Origin: Clostridia bacterium | GTDB taxonomy: Bacteria > Bacillota > Clostridia > Oscillospirales > Acutalibacteraceae | Direction: 5' to 3' | DNA: 64,000 nucleotides | Assembly (NCBI GenBank): GCA_017521925.1 | Contig: JAFXBG010000006.1 | Span: forward strand, 729-64,728 | Shown here: positions 62,198-64,000 of the stretch, piece after piece | How the letters are laid out: each line of letters begins with the position of its first letter | How positions within the stretch are numbered: the stretch's first letter is position 1 | The notes under the pieces: model-generated | Seen by the model: only the letters and a program-made list of their open reading frames with translations | What the model was told of the DNA's origin: nothing | Database searches by the model: none | Program-made: the position numbers and the translations under genes

Positions 62198-62223
62198 AAA
62201 AAAACGACCACCCTATTGGGTGG
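62198..62223 (-). terminator. Terminator after 5S rRNA
   Basis: CCACCC-TATT-GGGTGG stem followed on the minus strand by TCGTTTTTTT. Confidence 0.6.
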
Positions 62224-62235
62224 AAGCTCTTATGT

Positions 62236-62352
<117 letters not shown>

Positions 62353-62387
62353 ATTAATTTGTGTCGCTCTCTTCAAGCGACTCCGTT

Positions 62388-62416
62388 ATTATACACTGTG
62401 CTTTTGAAAAAGTCAA
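62388..62416 (-). promoter_or_regulatory. Near-consensus sigmaA promoter for the 5S gene
   Basis: TTGACT-17 nt-TATAAT on the minus strand with an AT-rich upstream region. Confidence 0.8.
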
Positions 62417-62592
62417 CACTTTTTTGAAAAATTTTTAAGAATTTTTTTCGGAGCTTGAAAAAACCTTGATAAATTGCCAAAAAACAGGGGATTTTATTGA
62501 CTAAATGTCGAAAAAATAGTAATATACATTTATAATAGAGTAGTTTTGTCTTTAATTAAGTATATTATCAGTTCTTTTACGGAGGTTATGTT

Positions 62593-64000
62593 ATGAAAAA
62601 TACACGTGCGTTATGTGCTTTATTAGCCCTTATACTCTGCTTCGGCTTTGTATTTGCAGGTTGTAATAAAGACGGTGAATATCCTGTAACAGTAGGTCAC
62701 ACACAGTTTAAGGAAAGCCCCGTCAAGGTGGTTTCTCTTTCAGATAATATTGCTGACATTATCTGCTATATAGGTTATGCCACCAAACTTTCAGGTGTAA
62801 GCGACAGTTGCACCCAAAGCGAAATCAAAGAGTACATTACCTCTGTAGGCTCTGAAATTTCTCCCAACACGGACCTTATTGTAAACTCAGGTGCTACAGT
62901 TGTTTTTGCCGACTCAACCCTTGACGAAGCTGTGAAAACAGAATTACAGAATAAAGGCGTTGAGGTTATCAAGACACTTTACCCCTCAAACGATGCTCAG
63001 CTCAGAAGCCTTTATGAAAACATCGGTACAATCCTTGGCGGCAACACCGAGGGCAGAAACAAGGGCGTGTCTGCTTACGACAGGCTTATGTCTATCCTTA
63101 CATCTGCAACCGACGAAGTAGCATCCGTTGCATCAACCAAAACAGTTTGTTACCTTTACCTTGAAAACGGCAAGCTTTGCTCCTTTACAGGCAAATATAA
63201 CGACGGTATGGTTATGAGTTACTTAGGTGCCACCAATATTGCCGCAAACTTTACATCAAAATATGCTGACGAAAGTATTCTTAAGCTTTCAAACCCTGAC
63301 TACATTTTCTTTGACAATGCATCTGTTATGGAAAAACTCACCTCAGACGACAACCTTAAAAACTTAAACGCAATTACAAAGGGCAATGTTTTTGAACTTA
63401 GCAAAGATGAGCTTACCCGTCAGGGCGAAAGCATTATTAAGGTACAGAACTTTATGCTTTCTTCTATGTTCCCCAACTTTGTAGATGCCCCTGTAATTGA
63501 AAGCGAGGACTTAAGCTCTGCTTATGGTATTACCCTTACTGAAGATATGAGCTTTAAGAACGGCGATGACAATGATAACATCATAGCAGTTCAGCAGAGG
63601 CTTGTGGACTTAGGTTTCCTTGATTTAGGGGAAGATGCTCCCACAACCTACTTCGGCGATATGAGCGAAGAAGCCCTTAAGGCTTTCCAGAGTGCAAACT
63701 CTCTTGAAGCAAGCGGAATTGCAAGTTTTGAAACCCTTAAAAAGCTTTTCAGCTCTGATGCTTTAGGTGCAAACGGCGGTACTTATGTCCCCGAAACTAC
63801 TGCTCCTCAGACCGAACCCGAAACTACAACCGCTGAAAATCATACCCCCGACACACCCCAGTCAAACAATACAAGCAGTGACACCAATGCTCCCATAACC
63901 ATCACAGACTCCACCGTTTATCAGAGCGGTGACGAGCATGAGGATATCAAGGCTATTCAGGAAAGGCTTGTAGAGCTTATGTACTTAAGCTTTGATGAAG
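62593..64000 (+). CDS. Lipoprotein: BtuF/FhuD-like solute-binding domain fused to peptidoglycan-binding domains; runs off the right edge
   Basis: Absent from ORF track. GGAGG, ATG 62593, lipobox FAGC; YPVTV..P.KVVSLS..KL.GVSD, NPDYIF, LNAI.KGNVF; then GD...I.AVQQRLVDLGF..FG..SEEALKAFQ..NSL...GIA...TL and the start of a second such repeat. Confidence 0.85.
   Translation, partial: MKNTRALCALLALILCFGFVFAGCNKDGEYPVTVGHTQFKESPVKVVSLSDNIADIICYIGYATKLSGVSDSCTQSEIKEYITSVGSEISPNTDLIVNSGATVVFADSTLDEAVKTELQNKGVEVIKTLYPSNDAQLRSLYENIGTILGGNTEGRNKGVSAYDRLMSILTSATDEVASVASTKTVCYLYLENGKLCSFTGKYNDGMVMSYLGATNIAANFTSKYADESILKLSNPDYIFFDNASVMEKLTSDDNLKNLNAITKGNVFELSKDELTRQGESIIKVQNFMLSSMFPNFVDAPVIESEDLSSAYGITLTEDMSFKNGDDNDNIIAVQQRLVDLGFLDLGEDAPTTYFGDMSEEALKAFQSANSLEASGIASFETLKKLFSSDALGANGGTYVPETTAPQTEPETTTAENHTPDTPQSNNTSSDTNAPITITDSTVYQSGDEHEDIKAIQERLVELMYLSFDE

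Overview
A 64 kb chromosomal window of mostly core genes from a low-GC Clostridia bacterium, probably Oscillospiraceae/Ruminococcus-like (inferred from gene content and protein style). Housekeeping genes include glmS, secA, gltX-glnS, metF with a split metH, proS, acpP, rpsL-rpsG-fusA-tuf, an msmX-like ATPase and ychF. Envelope genes include CapD, a sugar transferase, Ddl, two LCPs, a class B sortase and an FHA-RodA fusion next to a PBP. There is also a SCIFF ranthipeptide locus, a LytTR/DUF3021 module, a preQ1 riboswitch upstream of queT and a stand-alone 5S rRNA gene. Three genes missing from the ORF track were read from the sequence: a secreted CotH-kinase multidomain protein (runs off the left edge), the 48-aa SCIFF precursor, and a BtuF-like/peptidoglycan-binding lipoprotein (runs off the right edge). 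No transposase, prophage, CRISPR array or tRNA was seen. The most unusual signals are non-coding: (1) a ~68-nt structured repeat present in 8 full copies and 1 partial copy next to stop codons and terminators, and (2) three arrays of mini-hairpins joined by a 9-nt linker. All calls come from motif recognition by eye; no database searches were run.
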